Origin: Pirellulales bacterium
GTDB lineage: Bacteria; Planctomycetota; Planctomycetia; Pirellulales; JAICIG01
NCBI GenBank assembly: GCA_040901675.1
Contig: JBBDYJ010000029.1
Coordinates: forward strand, 32,001-96,000
DNA: 64,000 nucleotides
Reading direction: 5' to 3'
Positions within the stretch are counted from its first letter, which is position 1, and each line of letters opens with the position of its first letter. The notes beneath the pieces were generated by a model that ran no database searches, was not told where the DNA came from, and saw nothing but the letters and a program-made list of their open reading frames with translations. A program made the translations under genes and the position numbers. This document shows, piece after piece, positions 29,275-38,505 of this stretch.

Positions 29275-32200
29275 TTACCTGAAATCTCGCGATCGGCTGG
29301 TCAGCTCGCGCGACAGGCCGACCAGGTCTTCCAGTTTGCTCACCAGGATGTGGATCACCAGCCCCTGCCGCTGGAGCCGGCCATAAGCCAACAGGGCCGA
29401 GGCGCAAGCCGCCGCCTGGCGATAGCGCTCCCAGACGCTGGGGTGCACGATCAGGTTGGCGACGCCCGTTTCGTCCTCCAGGGTCACAAACGTGATCCCG
29501 CTGGCCGTGCCCGGACGCTGGCGGACCAGCACCAGGCCGGCGACACGCAGGAAGCGGCCCGGCGGCAGGCGGGACAGATCGGCGGCCCGGGCCACGTGGC
29601 GCTTGTCGAGCTCGGCGCGGAGGAAGGCGATCGGATGCCCCTTGAGCGATAAGCCCGCCGTGCGGTAGTCGGCCAGCACCTCCTCATACCGCCCGAGGCC
29701 GGGCAGCTCGCCGGGGCGCTGATCCGCCTGGGCCGATTCGATCCGGGCGAACAGCGGCAGTTCGGGTTCTTTCGGCTGCGACAAGGCTTGCCACAAGGCT
29801 CCGCGGCGGTCGAGATCGAGCGAGCCAAAGGCATCGGCCTTGGCCAGGCGGGCCAGCACCGCGCCGCCCAACCCCGTGCGGCGGGCAAAGTCTTCCATCG
29901 AACGAAACGGCCCTTGCCGCCGCGCTTGCTCGATGGCCATGGCATGCGTCTGGGAGAAGCCCAGGACCTGGCGAAACCCCAGGCGCAGCGCGAAGCGCGG
30001 CGGACGCTGTCCTTCGCCGGCCACGCGCTGGAACGTGCAATCCCAGTCGCTGGCATTCACATCGACCGCCAGCACCCGCACGCCGTGCTGCCGCGCATCG
30101 CGCACCAACTGGGCCGGCGCGTAGAAGCCCATCGGCTGGCTGTTGAGCAAGGCCGCGGCGAAGGCGGCCGGGTAATAGTGCTTGAGCCAGGCCGACACGT
30201 AGACCAACAGCGCGAAGCTGGCCGAGTGCGATTCGGGAAAGCCGTATTCGCCGAAGCCGCGGATCTGTTCGAACACCCGCCGGGCGTATTCTTCCGGTAG
30301 GCCGCGGCGGGTCATGCCGCCCAGCAGCTTCTGCCGGAACTCTTCGATCACTCCGGGCCGGCGCCAGCCCCCCATGGCCCGCCGGAGCTGGTCCGCCTCG
30401 CCGGGCGTGAAACCGGCCGCGACCACCGCCAGCCGCATCGCTTGTTCCTGGAAGATAGGCACGCCCAGCGTCTTCTCCAGGACCTGGCGGATCGCGTCGT
30501 TGGGAAATTCCACCGGCTCCAGCCCGCTCCGCCGCCGCAGATAGGGGTGTACCATGTTTCCCTGGATGGGTCCCGGCCGCACGATGGCCACCTCGATCAC
30601 CAGGTCGTAAAACGTGCGCGGCCGCAGCCGCGGCAGCATGCTCATCTGCGCCCGGCTTTCGATCTGGAACACGCCCATGGTGTCGGCCCGGCTGACCATG
30701 GCATACACGGCCGGGTCTTCGGCCGGCACCTGGGCCAGGCTGAGCCGGCGTCCCTCGTGCCGCTCGATCAGGTCGAAGCACTTGCGGATGGCGGTCAGCA
30801 TGCCCAGCGCCAGGCAATCGACCTTGAGGATCCCCAGCTCGTCCAGGTCGTCCTTGTCCCACTGGATCACGGTCCGATCGGGCATGGCCGCGTTTTCGAT
30901 CGGCACCACTTCCGAAAGCGGGCCGCGGGTGATCACCATGCCGCCCACGTGCTGCGAAAGGTGTCGTGGGAAACCGATCAACTGGCCGACGAGTGCCATC
31001 AGTTGCCGCCCGGCCTGCGAGGCGGGATCGATTTGGGCGCCGGCCAGGCGTTGTTCGAGCCCGGCCTGGCCATGGTAGCCCTCCAGCGTTTTGGCCAGAG
31101 CGTCGAGCTTTTCCAGAGGCAAGCCGAGCGCTTTGCCCACGTCGCGCACCGCCGACCGCGGCCGATACGTGATCACCTCGGCCGCCAGCCCGGCCCGCTC
31201 GCGGCCGTACTTGTCGTAGACGTACTGCAGCACTTCCTCGCGGCGCTCGTGCTCGAAGTCGACGTCGATATCGGGGGCCTCGTTGCGTTCGCGGCTGACA
31301 AACCGCTCGAAGAGCACGTCCAGCCGCTCGGGATCGACCGAGGTCACCCCCAGGCAATAGCAGACGGCCGAGTTGGCGGCCGAGCCGCGCCCCTGGCAAA
31401 GGATGCCCCGCGAGCGGGCGAACCGCACCAGGTCCCAGACGGTGAGAAAATAGGCCTCGTACTTCAGCTCGGCGATCAGCCGCAGCTCGTGCTCGACCAG
31501 CGAGCGCACCTTTTCCGGCACGCCGCGCGGGTAACGCAGTTGGGCGCCCTGCCAGGCCAGCCGGGCCAGGTACTCCAGCGGGCTGTCGCCGGCGGGGCAG
31601 AGCTCTTCGGGATACTCATATCGCAGCTCGTCGAGCGAAAACGTGCAGCGGCCGGCCACCTCGATCGTGCGGCGCAGAACGCCGGGCGCCCGGGCGAACA
31701 GGGCGGCCATTTCGCCGGGATGCTTCAAATGCCGCTCGGCATTGGCAAACAACAGCTCGCCCGCCTCGGCCACGGTGCAGCCTGCACGAATGGCGGTCAA
31801 CACGTCTTCCAGCGCCCGCCTCGCGGGCACGTGGTATCGCACGTCGTTGGCAGCCGCCAGCGCCACCCGCGCCCGCCGGGCCCGGCTGACCAACTGCTCC
31901 AGCCGCCGCTGGTCGTCGGGGCCCTGGTGCAGCTCGGCCAGGGCATAGCAGCGGTCGCCGAAAACATCGCGATATGCGTGCAAGCCTCCGTCCCGATCGT
32001 CCAGGTCCGGGCCGTCCAGCACGCAGGCCAACAGTCCTTGAGAGTGCGAGGCCACGTCGTCGAACACCAGCTCGCACTGGCCCTTGGGAGCCCGCCGACG
32101 CCCCAATGTCAACAAACGCGACAGCCGGCCGTACGAGGCCCGATCGGTGGCCAACAACACCGCGGCCGCGGTGCCGGCCGGCAGCACTTCGGCCCCGATC

Positions 32201-32457
32201 AACAACTTGAGCCCCACTTGTTTGGCAGCTATGGCGGCCCGCACCACGCCGGCCAGGCTGTGCCGGTCGGTGATGGCCAGCGCGCGGTAACCCAAGGCGG
32301 CCGCCTGGGCCACCAGCTCGTCCGGGTGCGAAGCTCCTTCCAGAAAGGAGAAGTTGGTTTTGGCGTGCAGCTCGGCATAGGCGGGTCCCGTGGGATCCGT
32401 CGACGCATGATGAGCGGCCAGCGGCCGCCTTCGTTTGGAAGGAGGTAGCTCGGGCAT
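29275..32457 (-). CDS. dnaE2: Error-prone DNA polymerase DnaE2 (ImuC)
   Basis: YAELHAKTNFSFLEGAS PHP domain, GRGSAANS, PDIDVDF, RQRPGTASG, C-terminal SRDFR motif. Confidence 0.97.
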   Translation of the reverse strand: MPELPPSKRRRPLAAHHASTDPTGPAYAELHAKTNFSFLEGASHPDELVAQAAALGYRALAITDRHSLAGVVRAAIAAKQVGLKLLIGAEVLPAGTAAAVLLATDRASYGRLSRLLTLGRRRAPKGQCELVFDDVASHSQGLLACVLDGPDLDDRDGGLHAYRDVFGDRCYALAELHQGPDDQRRLEQLVSRARRARVALAAANDVRYHVPARRALEDVLTAIRAGCTVAEAGELLFANAERHLKHPGEMAALFARAPGVLRRTIEVAGRCTFSLDELRYEYPEELCPAGDSPLEYLARLAWQGAQLRYPRGVPEKVRSLVEHELRLIAELKYEAYFLTVWDLVRFARSRGILCQGRGSAANSAVCYCLGVTSVDPERLDVLFERFVSRERNEAPDIDVDFEHERREEVLQYVYDKYGRERAGLAAEVITYRPRSAVRDVGKALGLPLEKLDALAKTLEGYHGQAGLEQRLAGAQIDPASQAGRQLMALVGQLIGFPRHLSQHVGGMVITRGPLSEVVPIENAAMPDRTVIQWDKDDLDELGILKVDCLALGMLTAIRKCFDLIERHEGRRLSLAQVPAEDPAVYAMVSRADTMGVFQIESRAQMSMLPRLRPRTFYDLVIEVAIVRPGPIQGNMVHPYLRRRSGLEPVEFPNDAIRQVLEKTLGVPIFQEQAMRLAVVAAGFTPGEADQLRRAMGGWRRPGVIEEFRQKLLGGMTRRGLPEEYARRVFEQIRGFGEYGFPESHSASFALLVYVSAWLKHYYPAAFAAALLNSQPMGFYAPAQLVRDARQHGVRVLAVDVNASDWDCTFQRVAGEGQRPPRFALRLGFRQVLGFSQTHAMAIEQARRQGPFRSMEDFARRTGLGGAVLARLAKADAFGSLDLDRRGALWQALSQPKEPELPLFARIESAQADQRPGELPGLGRYEEVLADYRTAGLSLKGHPIAFLRAELDKRHVARAADLSRLPPGRFLRVAGLVLVRQRPGTASGITFVTLEDETGVANLIVHPSVWERYRQAAACASALLAYGRLQRQGLVIHILVSKLEDLVGLSRELTSRSRDFR

Positions 32458-32473
32458 GGCTTCGGATCGATCT

Positions 32474-33979
32474 TTAGTCAAATGTCCCGTGCAAAAACCA
32501 CTGCCCGGCCGCGACCTGCCGGAACAGCCAGAACCATTGGCCGTTGTCGGTCTCCACGCGGTAATAATCGCGATGAATCGAGCGGCCCCGCCACCAGCCG
32601 GCCTGGATCCGTTCGGGTCCCCAACTGCGGCGGATGCGATGCTCGCGGCCCGACCAGCGAAACGCCAGCGGCGGGCCATCGGGCACCACCGAGATCACGT
32701 CCAAGGGTTCCGGCCGCGGCACCAGGCGCAGCGGGCGCGACAGCCGGCCTCGCCACGGCACAAAGGGGGCCGGCGGGCGGGCTTTGCGCCCTTTGCGCTG
32801 CCGCGGACCGGCTGGCGCGGCGGCCGCTGCTCGCCCGGCAATCCCCGAGAGCGCCTTGGCCATGCCGTGCCGGCCCGTCTTGCTCCCCGCGCGTGATGGG
32901 CCGCCGATCAAGGGCTCGTAGCGCCAGGCATATTCGGGTTGGGCCTCGGGCAGCAGCCGCGCGCGGACCACCGCCTCGCGCCCCAGCCGGCTGCTGAGGC
33001 GGTCGACCAGCAGGGCCAAAGGCCGCGGATCGTGGCGGCGGGGGCAGGTCTCGAACAGCTCCTGCTGGCGGCATTCCAATGGGGCGCTGGCGGTCACCGC
33101 CACCCGGATCGCCGTCACTGCTTCGCGCAGCTTCACTTGCTCCAACTGCATGGCCGCCAGCTCAGCCAGGTGCCGCGCCGCGGCGGTGGGCCGGAATAGG
33201 CCGATCGGCACATCCAGCTTCCCGCTCGCACAGCGCAACGTGCATTGGAGCTGCTGGACGCCGCGGCGCTGTTCGGCCAGCTCGCCGGCGACGCGCGCCA
33301 GCAGATGTGCGAGAGCATGCTGGATCGACTCCATCCGGTCGGCCGGCTGCTCGAAGGTCCACTCGGCCCGCGCCTGGCTGGGGGGTTGCTGCACCACGAT
33401 CGGCTCGGCGAGCCGGCCGGCGGCCTGGTCCAGCCGCGCCAGCAATTCAGCGGGAAACCGCGCTGCCAGGCTGTCTCGTGAAAACGGCGGCAACTGGCCG
33501 ATCTGGTTCAGCCCCAATTCCTGGAGCAACTGCAAGGTGGGTCCGGATAAACGCAGGGCCCGCACCGTTAGCGGCGCCAAAGCGGCCGGCGATTGCCCCG
33601 CCGCCACCAGCATCGCTTCGCCGCAAAGGCGTTCGATGTGCGGTCCGCCCGGATCGCCGAAATGGGCCACGGCCCAGGCTGCCCCGACGGTGTCGGCCAA
33701 GGCAGCGCGGATTTTCAATCCGTGCCGGCGGAACTCCTGCCAGACGCATTTCAGCAGTCCGATTTCGCCGCCGAACAGCGGGCCCAAGCCGGTGGCGTCC
33801 AGCAGCAGGCTTTCCGGAGCCGGCGACTCCTCCAGGCCTACCGTGGGACTGAATTGCTCGCACCATGGGACCAGCCGCAGCAAGGCCTGCCGATCGGCAA
33901 AGCCGTCAGGCTCCCGCCGAGCGCTGCCGCCGCCCTGCTGGGGCCAGTTGGGCAGCCAGACGCACAACACCCGTTTCAT
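32474..33979 (-). CDS. imuB: ImuB, inactive Y-family polymerase scaffold
   Basis: LLLDATGLGPLFGGE, ADTVGAAWA, QQELF clamp-binding motif, GPERIQAGWW, RDYYRVE. Lies between imuA and dnaE2. Confidence 0.92.
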   Translation of the reverse strand: MKRVLCVWLPNWPQQGGGSARREPDGFADRQALLRLVPWCEQFSPTVGLEESPAPESLLLDATGLGPLFGGEIGLLKCVWQEFRRHGLKIRAALADTVGAAWAVAHFGDPGGPHIERLCGEAMLVAAGQSPAALAPLTVRALRLSGPTLQLLQELGLNQIGQLPPFSRDSLAARFPAELLARLDQAAGRLAEPIVVQQPPSQARAEWTFEQPADRMESIQHALAHLLARVAGELAEQRRGVQQLQCTLRCASGKLDVPIGLFRPTAAARHLAELAAMQLEQVKLREAVTAIRVAVTASAPLECRQQELFETCPRRHDPRPLALLVDRLSSRLGREAVVRARLLPEAQPEYAWRYEPLIGGPSRAGSKTGRHGMAKALSGIAGRAAAAAPAGPRQRKGRKARPPAPFVPWRGRLSRPLRLVPRPEPLDVISVVPDGPPLAFRWSGREHRIRRSWGPERIQAGWWRGRSIHRDYYRVETDNGQWFWLFRQVAAGQWFLHGTFD

Positions 33980-34811
33980 CGTCGATTTCCAATTCCACCA
34001 TCGAACTCGAAGCAGCTCCCCGTGCCCGCAACAACTCCACCTGCAGCCGCCTGCCGGCCTCGCCGCTTTGGGGCCGCACCAGCAGCCGCGCCTCGGCCCA
34101 GCACGGTTCGTGTCGGGCTTGTTCGGGACGCACCAGCAGCCCCAGGCCTCCGCTGGCCTCGGCCGCCAACTGCAGCCTGCGAGCGGCCCGTTGGCTGAGC
34201 TGCCTGGTCCAGCCCAGCACGGCTCCCAGGCCCGGCGTGCGCAGCGCCTGGTCCAAGGCCCAGGTTTCATCCCGGGGCTGGTAGACCCGCACCACGATCA
34301 ATCGCTCCAGATCGATGCCCGCCAGGGCGGCGGCCGGAGGATAGAACTTTTCTTCGCCATCGACGACCAGCAGGGGGCCATCGTCGCGGCAGGCCTCGCG
34401 AGCAGCGGCCAGGGCCAGGCAGGCCGCTCCGCTGGCCTCGTCGGCCGCCAGCCATTCCACCAGCGTGCCGCGCAGCAGGCCTCCGGCCGGCAGCAGGCGA
34501 TCGAGCGCCGGGCAGCCGGTGGAGATCGATGGCCCGCCCTCAGGGCGGCGCGCTCGCTCGAGGCGGCTCAACTCCTCGCGCAGCCTGGCCACGAGCTGGC
34601 TTCGCGTGTGGCGCAGGTCTCCAGCGGTGGGTGGCTGGGGCAAAGCGGTAGCGTGCCCCAGGATCTCCGGCCTCTGGTCTCCGGCGGGTGGCTGGGGCAA
34701 AGCGTTAGCGTGCCCCAGGATCTCTGGCCTCTGGTCTTTGGTGGGTGGCTGGGGCAAAGCGGTAGCGTGCCCCAGGGTCATGGTCAGCGGCAGGTTGATT
34801 TTGGGTCTCAT
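33906..34811 (-). CDS. imuA: ImuA, RecA-like mutasome protein; 5' end carries three 19-aa repeats (start uncertain)
   Basis: STGCPALDRLLPAGGLLRGTLVEW, FYPPA, WALDQALR, RRLQLAAE. Alternative starts at 34781 or GTG 34592. Confidence 0.88.
   Translation of the reverse strand: MRPKINLPLTMTLGHATALPQPPTKDQRPEILGHANALPQPPAGDQRPEILGHATALPQPPTAGDLRHTRSQLVARLREELSRLERARRPEGGPSISTGCPALDRLLPAGGLLRGTLVEWLAADEASGAACLALAAAREACRDDGPLLVVDGEEKFYPPAAALAGIDLERLIVVRVYQPRDETWALDQALRTPGLGAVLGWTRQLSQRAARRLQLAAEASGGLGLLVRPEQARHEPCWAEARLLVRPQSGEAGRRLQVELLRARGAASSSMVELEIDDETGVVRLAAQLAPAGRRQRSAGA
34629..34775 (+). repeat. Three tandem copies (57-bp period) of REP-like family A
   Basis: GGGTGGCTGGGGCAAAGCG(G/T)TAGCGTGCCCCAG at 34629, 34686 and 34743; CTGGGGCA/TGCCCCAG stem; near-identical linkers. 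Confidence 0.92.
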
Positions 34812-34840
34812 GGCTTGGGCTAAAGGGGCATGCTAGCATT

Positions 34841-34878
34841 GATGTACATTTGTATCGGTAAAGGGCCCAGCGAGTCAA
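34841..34878 (-). promoter_or_regulatory. Candidate imuA promoter with SOS-box-like operator
   Basis: Minus strand TTGACT -18 nt- TACAAA. GTAC-ATTT-GTAT (34844-34855) overlaps the -10 and resembles the GTAC-N4-GTRC LexA2-type box. Confidence 0.55.
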
Positions 34879-34997
34879 TTGAGAAAATCCGGAGTTGGCC
34901 TGCTTAAGGAATGCAACTACTGAATTCCAAAAGGCTTGTGAGCTAACTCAGCCCAGCCCAGGACCGCATGAATGCGGATCACTACGAGCCTGCGAGC

Positions 34998-36125
34998 CTA
35001 CCCGGCAGCCACCGTAAGGCTGAAGGTGCTGCCGATGCCCGGCACGCTGGTGACCGTGATGTCGCCCCCCAGCAGCTCGGCCAGCCGCTTGCTGATCGTC
35101 AGACCCAATCCCGTGCCGCCGAACCGCCGCGTAACGGAAGAGTCGGTCTGGCTGAAGGGGTAAAACAGGGCACGGATCTGCTCGGCGCTCATGCCGATGC
35201 CGGTGTCGACCACGTCGAACTGCAGCAGCGGCCCGCCCGAGGGCGGCTCGAGCAGCCGCAGCACGATGCGGACGTTGCCGTTTTCGGTGAACTTGATCGC
35301 GTTGCCGACCAGGTTGACCAGGATCTGCCGCAGCCGCAGCGCGTCGCACTGGATGATCTCGGGCACTTGTCCCTTGACCACCATGTCCAACGACAGGCCC
35401 TTGGCGTCGCTCCGCAGCCGCATCAAGGCCAGCACGTCGGCCAGGACCTGCCGCGGCGCGCAGGGGCCGATGTCGACCATGAAGCGCCCCGCCTCGATCT
35501 TCGAAAGGTCCAGCAGGTCGTTGATGATCTCCAACAGGTACTCGCCATTGCGCTTGATCGTGTCGACGGCCTCCAGGTCGTTGGCGTCGGACAGGTTGTC
35601 GCGCAACAGGTCGGCGAAGCCCAGGATGGCCGTCATCGGCGTGCGGATCTCATGGCTCATGCTGGCCAGAAACTCGCTCTTGGCCGCGCTGGAAAGCTCC
35701 GCCATGCGGCGGGCCTCGTCGAGCCGCTGGTTCATCTCGCGCACCGCGTCGCAGTCGTCCTTGGTCCGCAGCGCCGCCTGCAGCCGTGCGGTCAGCACCC
35801 GCCGATCGAAGGGCCGGCTGATGTAGTCGTCGGCCCCGGCTTCCAGCCCGGCCAGCACGTCGTCGTGCGAGCCGCGGACCGTGACCATCACGACCGGTAT
35901 GGAGCGCAACTGCTCGTCGGCCTTCAAGCGGCGGCAGACCTCCAAGCCGCTCAAGTCCGGCATGACCACGTCGAGCAGCACCAGGTCGGGCCGCTCGCAT
36001 GCCACTTTTTCGAGCGCTTCCAGGCCCGAGTGCGCGCTGATCACCTGGTGCCCCTGGCGCCCCAGTTCCAGCGCCAAGAGCCTGATGTTGTCGGGATTGT
36101 CGTCGACGACCAGCACGTGGGCCAT
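34998..36125 (-). CDS. Cytoplasmic hybrid kinase (receiver - HisKA - HATPase)
   Basis: VLVVDD, LLDVVMP, MSHEIRTP, NLVGNAIKF, DTGIG, GGTGLGL. Confidence 0.93.
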   Translation of the reverse strand: MAHVLVVDDNPDNIRLLALELGRQGHQVISAHSGLEALEKVACERPDLVLLDVVMPDLSGLEVCRRLKADEQLRSIPVVMVTVRGSHDDVLAGLEAGADDYISRPFDRRVLTARLQAALRTKDDCDAVREMNQRLDEARRMAELSSAAKSEFLASMSHEIRTPMTAILGFADLLRDNLSDANDLEAVDTIKRNGEYLLEIINDLLDLSKIEAGRFMVDIGPCAPRQVLADVLALMRLRSDAKGLSLDMVVKGQVPEIIQCDALRLRQILVNLVGNAIKFTENGNVRIVLRLLEPPSGGPLLQFDVVDTGIGMSAEQIRALFYPFSQTDSSVTRRFGGTGLGLTISKRLAELLGGDITVTSVPGIGSTFSLTVAAG

Positions 36126-36451
36126 GAAGTCTGTGTTCTCCCGCGAAACGAGGATGCTCGGTAGTCTGCCAGGTCTGGTGTGGAGGTCGTAAGGGGCCGA
36201 TCGAGGCAAATTTTTCAAACATAGGTTAGCGATCGGCCGCCTGCCCTCCGCATTGGGGGTGGCAAGCCGGTCGAGCTGGACCGGTTTCACCGATCGTAAC
36301 GTTCAGGACGGCCGGAGCGTCGTCGCCGGAGCGGCAGGCCGCGGGCGGCCAGGCTCTCTTTTTTGTTTCCTGTTCGCCCTGCCGGGCGGTATTCTGGGGG
36401 CGCTTCGCCGGCTGGCGGCCGTTGAAAAATCGCTTAAGAAAGGCCTACTCG

Positions 36452-37465
36452 ATGCCATCTGACTTGCACGGTGACTGGGTACGCGTCGGTTCGAACGGCT
36501 TCGGCTTCCGGGCCTTGATCGGCTGGGAGCAGTTGCCGCCGCAACGCACCTTTGTGGAAGTGGCGGGAGTCGCGACCGACAGCCAGGATCGGGTGTACGT
36601 GTTCAGCCGCGGCGCCGATCCGGTGATGGTCTTCTCGCCCGACGGCAAGTTCCAAAGCTCGTGGGGGGCTGGACTCTTCGTCCGGCCGCACGGCATCACG
36701 ATCGGCCCGGACGACGGCGTGTACTGCACGGACGATCTGGACCACACGGTCCGCAAGTTCACCACCGACGGCCGGCTGCTCATGACGCTCGGCACGAGCG
36801 GGCAAGGCAGCGAGACGGGCATTCAGGGCAACGATTACCGCACGATCCGGCGCGGCGCGCCTCCCTTCCATTGGCCGACCAACCTGGCCATCGGGCCTGA
36901 CGGCATGCTGTACGTGACCGACGGGTACGGCAATGCCCGCGTTCACAAGTTCACCCCCGACGGCCGGCTGGTGTTGTCGTGGGGCGAACCGGGCAGCGGG
37001 CCCGGCCAATTCAATCTGCCTCACGGCATTGCCGTCGACAGCCAGGGCCGCGTCTACGTGGCCGACCGGGAAAATAGCAGGGTGCAGATCTTTTCCGGCG
37101 AAGGCCGGCTCGTTTCCGAGTGGACCGACGTGGCCCGCCCGATGCAGGTCTGCATCGACCGGGACGACAACGTGTTCGTGAGCGAGGTAGGCTGGCACGC
37201 CGGCCTTTATCCTTGGCAACAGCCGCCGGCAGCCGATGCGCCGGCGGCACGCGTGAGCATCTTCGACAGCTCGGGCGTCGTGCGGGCGCGGTGGGGCGAA
37301 AAGGCCAATCCGTGCGCGCCCGGCAACTTCTATGCTCCGCACGACCTGTGCCTCGACACCCGCGGCGACCTCTACGTGGGCGAGGTCGTGATGTCGGCCG
37401 GCGGCAAGCAAGGCAAGGTGCCAGCCGACTGCCACGCCCTTCAGAAGTTTGTCCGCGACCGCTGA
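36452..37465 (+). CDS. NHL-repeat beta-propeller (peptidyl-alpha-hydroxyglycine lyase-like)
   Basis: RPHGI, VTDGYGNARVHKF, FNLPHGIAVD, VADRENSRVQIF. Confidence 0.88.
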   Translation: MPSDLHGDWVRVGSNGFGFRALIGWEQLPPQRTFVEVAGVATDSQDRVYVFSRGADPVMVFSPDGKFQSSWGAGLFVRPHGITIGPDDGVYCTDDLDHTVRKFTTDGRLLMTLGTSGQGSETGIQGNDYRTIRRGAPPFHWPTNLAIGPDGMLYVTDGYGNARVHKFTPDGRLVLSWGEPGSGPGQFNLPHGIAVDSQGRVYVADRENSRVQIFSGEGRLVSEWTDVARPMQVCIDRDDNVFVSEVGWHAGLYPWQQPPAADAPAARVSIFDSSGVVRARWGEKANPCAPGNFYAPHDLCLDTRGDLYVGEVVMSAGGKQGKVPADCHALQKFVRDR

Positions 37466-37553
37466 ATCTTCCAGCACGGCCCGGAGTCGCTTAGAATAGG
37501 TGCGCAAACACCTCCATTCCAACGGGGCGATGCTCCTGGGAGGTCTGCCTGCC

Positions 37554-38030
37554 ATGAGTAGCCAGACGGTCGGCCGCCCGATGGAGATTCTTCTCGTCGA
37601 GGACGGCCTGGTGGATGCGCGGGTCACGATCAGCGCCTTGCAAAAGGGGCAAGTGCAGCACCGCTTGACCTTGGTCCGCGACGGCGCCGAGGCGATGGAT
37701 TTCCTGCACCGGATGGGCCATTTCGCCCGCGCTCCCCGGCCCGACCTGGTCTTGCTCGATCTGCACCTGCCCAAGAAAGACGGACTCGAAGTCTTGGCGG
37801 AGGTCAAGGCCGACCCATCGCTCAAGTCGATTCCGCTGGTCGTGCTGACCGCCTCCGAGGCCAGCGCGGACCGCGCCCGGTGCGAACAACTGGGCGTGAA
37901 CAGCTACATCACCAAGCCGGTCGACCTCGACAAGTTCCTGGCCGTCGTCCGCGACCTCAGGCACCACTGGCACGCCGACCTGATCCTGCCGCTCGGCAAG
38001 GAGGAAAGTGGAAGGAGGAAGGAGGAGTGA
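37554..38030 (+). CDS. Single-domain response regulator (Rcp1-like)
   Basis: ILLVED, PDLVLLDLHLPKKDG, NSYITKP. Confidence 0.9.
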   Translation: MSSQTVGRPMEILLVEDGLVDARVTISALQKGQVQHRLTLVRDGAEAMDFLHRMGHFARAPRPDLVLLDLHLPKKDGLEVLAEVKADPSLKSIPLVVLTASEASADRARCEQLGVNSYITKPVDLDKFLAVVRDLRHHWHADLILPLGKEESGRRKEE

Positions 38031-38034
38031 ACAC

Positions 38035-38113
38035 GACAAGGGGACACGGGGCACGACAGACGAACGAGGGCCGGCTCCACGGCCTGATCGCCTTGTCCCC
38101 TTGTCCCCTTGTC
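38035..38113. repeat. Inverted octamer tandem repeats between convergent genes, possible bidirectional terminator
   Basis: GACAAGGG GACACGGG ... CCTTGTCC CCTTGTCC CCTTGTC; similar octamers at about 20-52. Confidence 0.65.
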
Positions 38114-38117
38114 GGCT

Positions 38118-38327
38118 TTAGGCCTCGGTGACCTCGACATCGATGTGCCGGTACGACTCGCCCGTGCAGGGGCATAGCTCGAGCCGGTAGCGCAGCTCGT
38201 TCTTCATTTTTTCCAGCGTATCGTCCCGGCTGGCTGCCTGGACCTCCACTTGGCCCAGGTCCTTGCTCGAATGCCGCGCCAGCCAATTGCCGCCGGGCCC
38301 TCGCTCGATCGTACAGGGAAATCGCAT
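38118..38327 (-). CDS. Small hypothetical protein (69 aa), HicB-N-like pattern with CPC motif
   Basis: ATG after AAGGAA; protein-like composition; fills the gap between genes. Confidence 0.7.
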   Translation of the reverse strand: MRFPCTIERGPGGNWLARHSSKDLGQVEVQAASRDDTLEKMKNELRYRLELCPCTGESYRHIDVEVTEA

Positions 38328-38505
38328 GGCTGTTTCCTTGGCCGTAAAGCTTCCGCTCGAATCCGCCTAAGCTCGCAACAATCTGATTATTACCCCGCTG
38401 TCCGGCAGGTCCAGCGGTGTCGGGTACAGTACGCTAGAATGCCGGCCTGGCCGGAGTTGCCCGGACCTGTATGTCGTGATGATTGAAAGGGGAGATCGAA
38501 TTTCG

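Noticed and set aside
34629..34775. Possible mini-CRISPR array (33-bp palindromic repeat x3)
   Set aside because: The two 24-bp linkers are nearly identical rather than unique spacers, single copies of the repeat occur elsewhere, and no cas genes are present.
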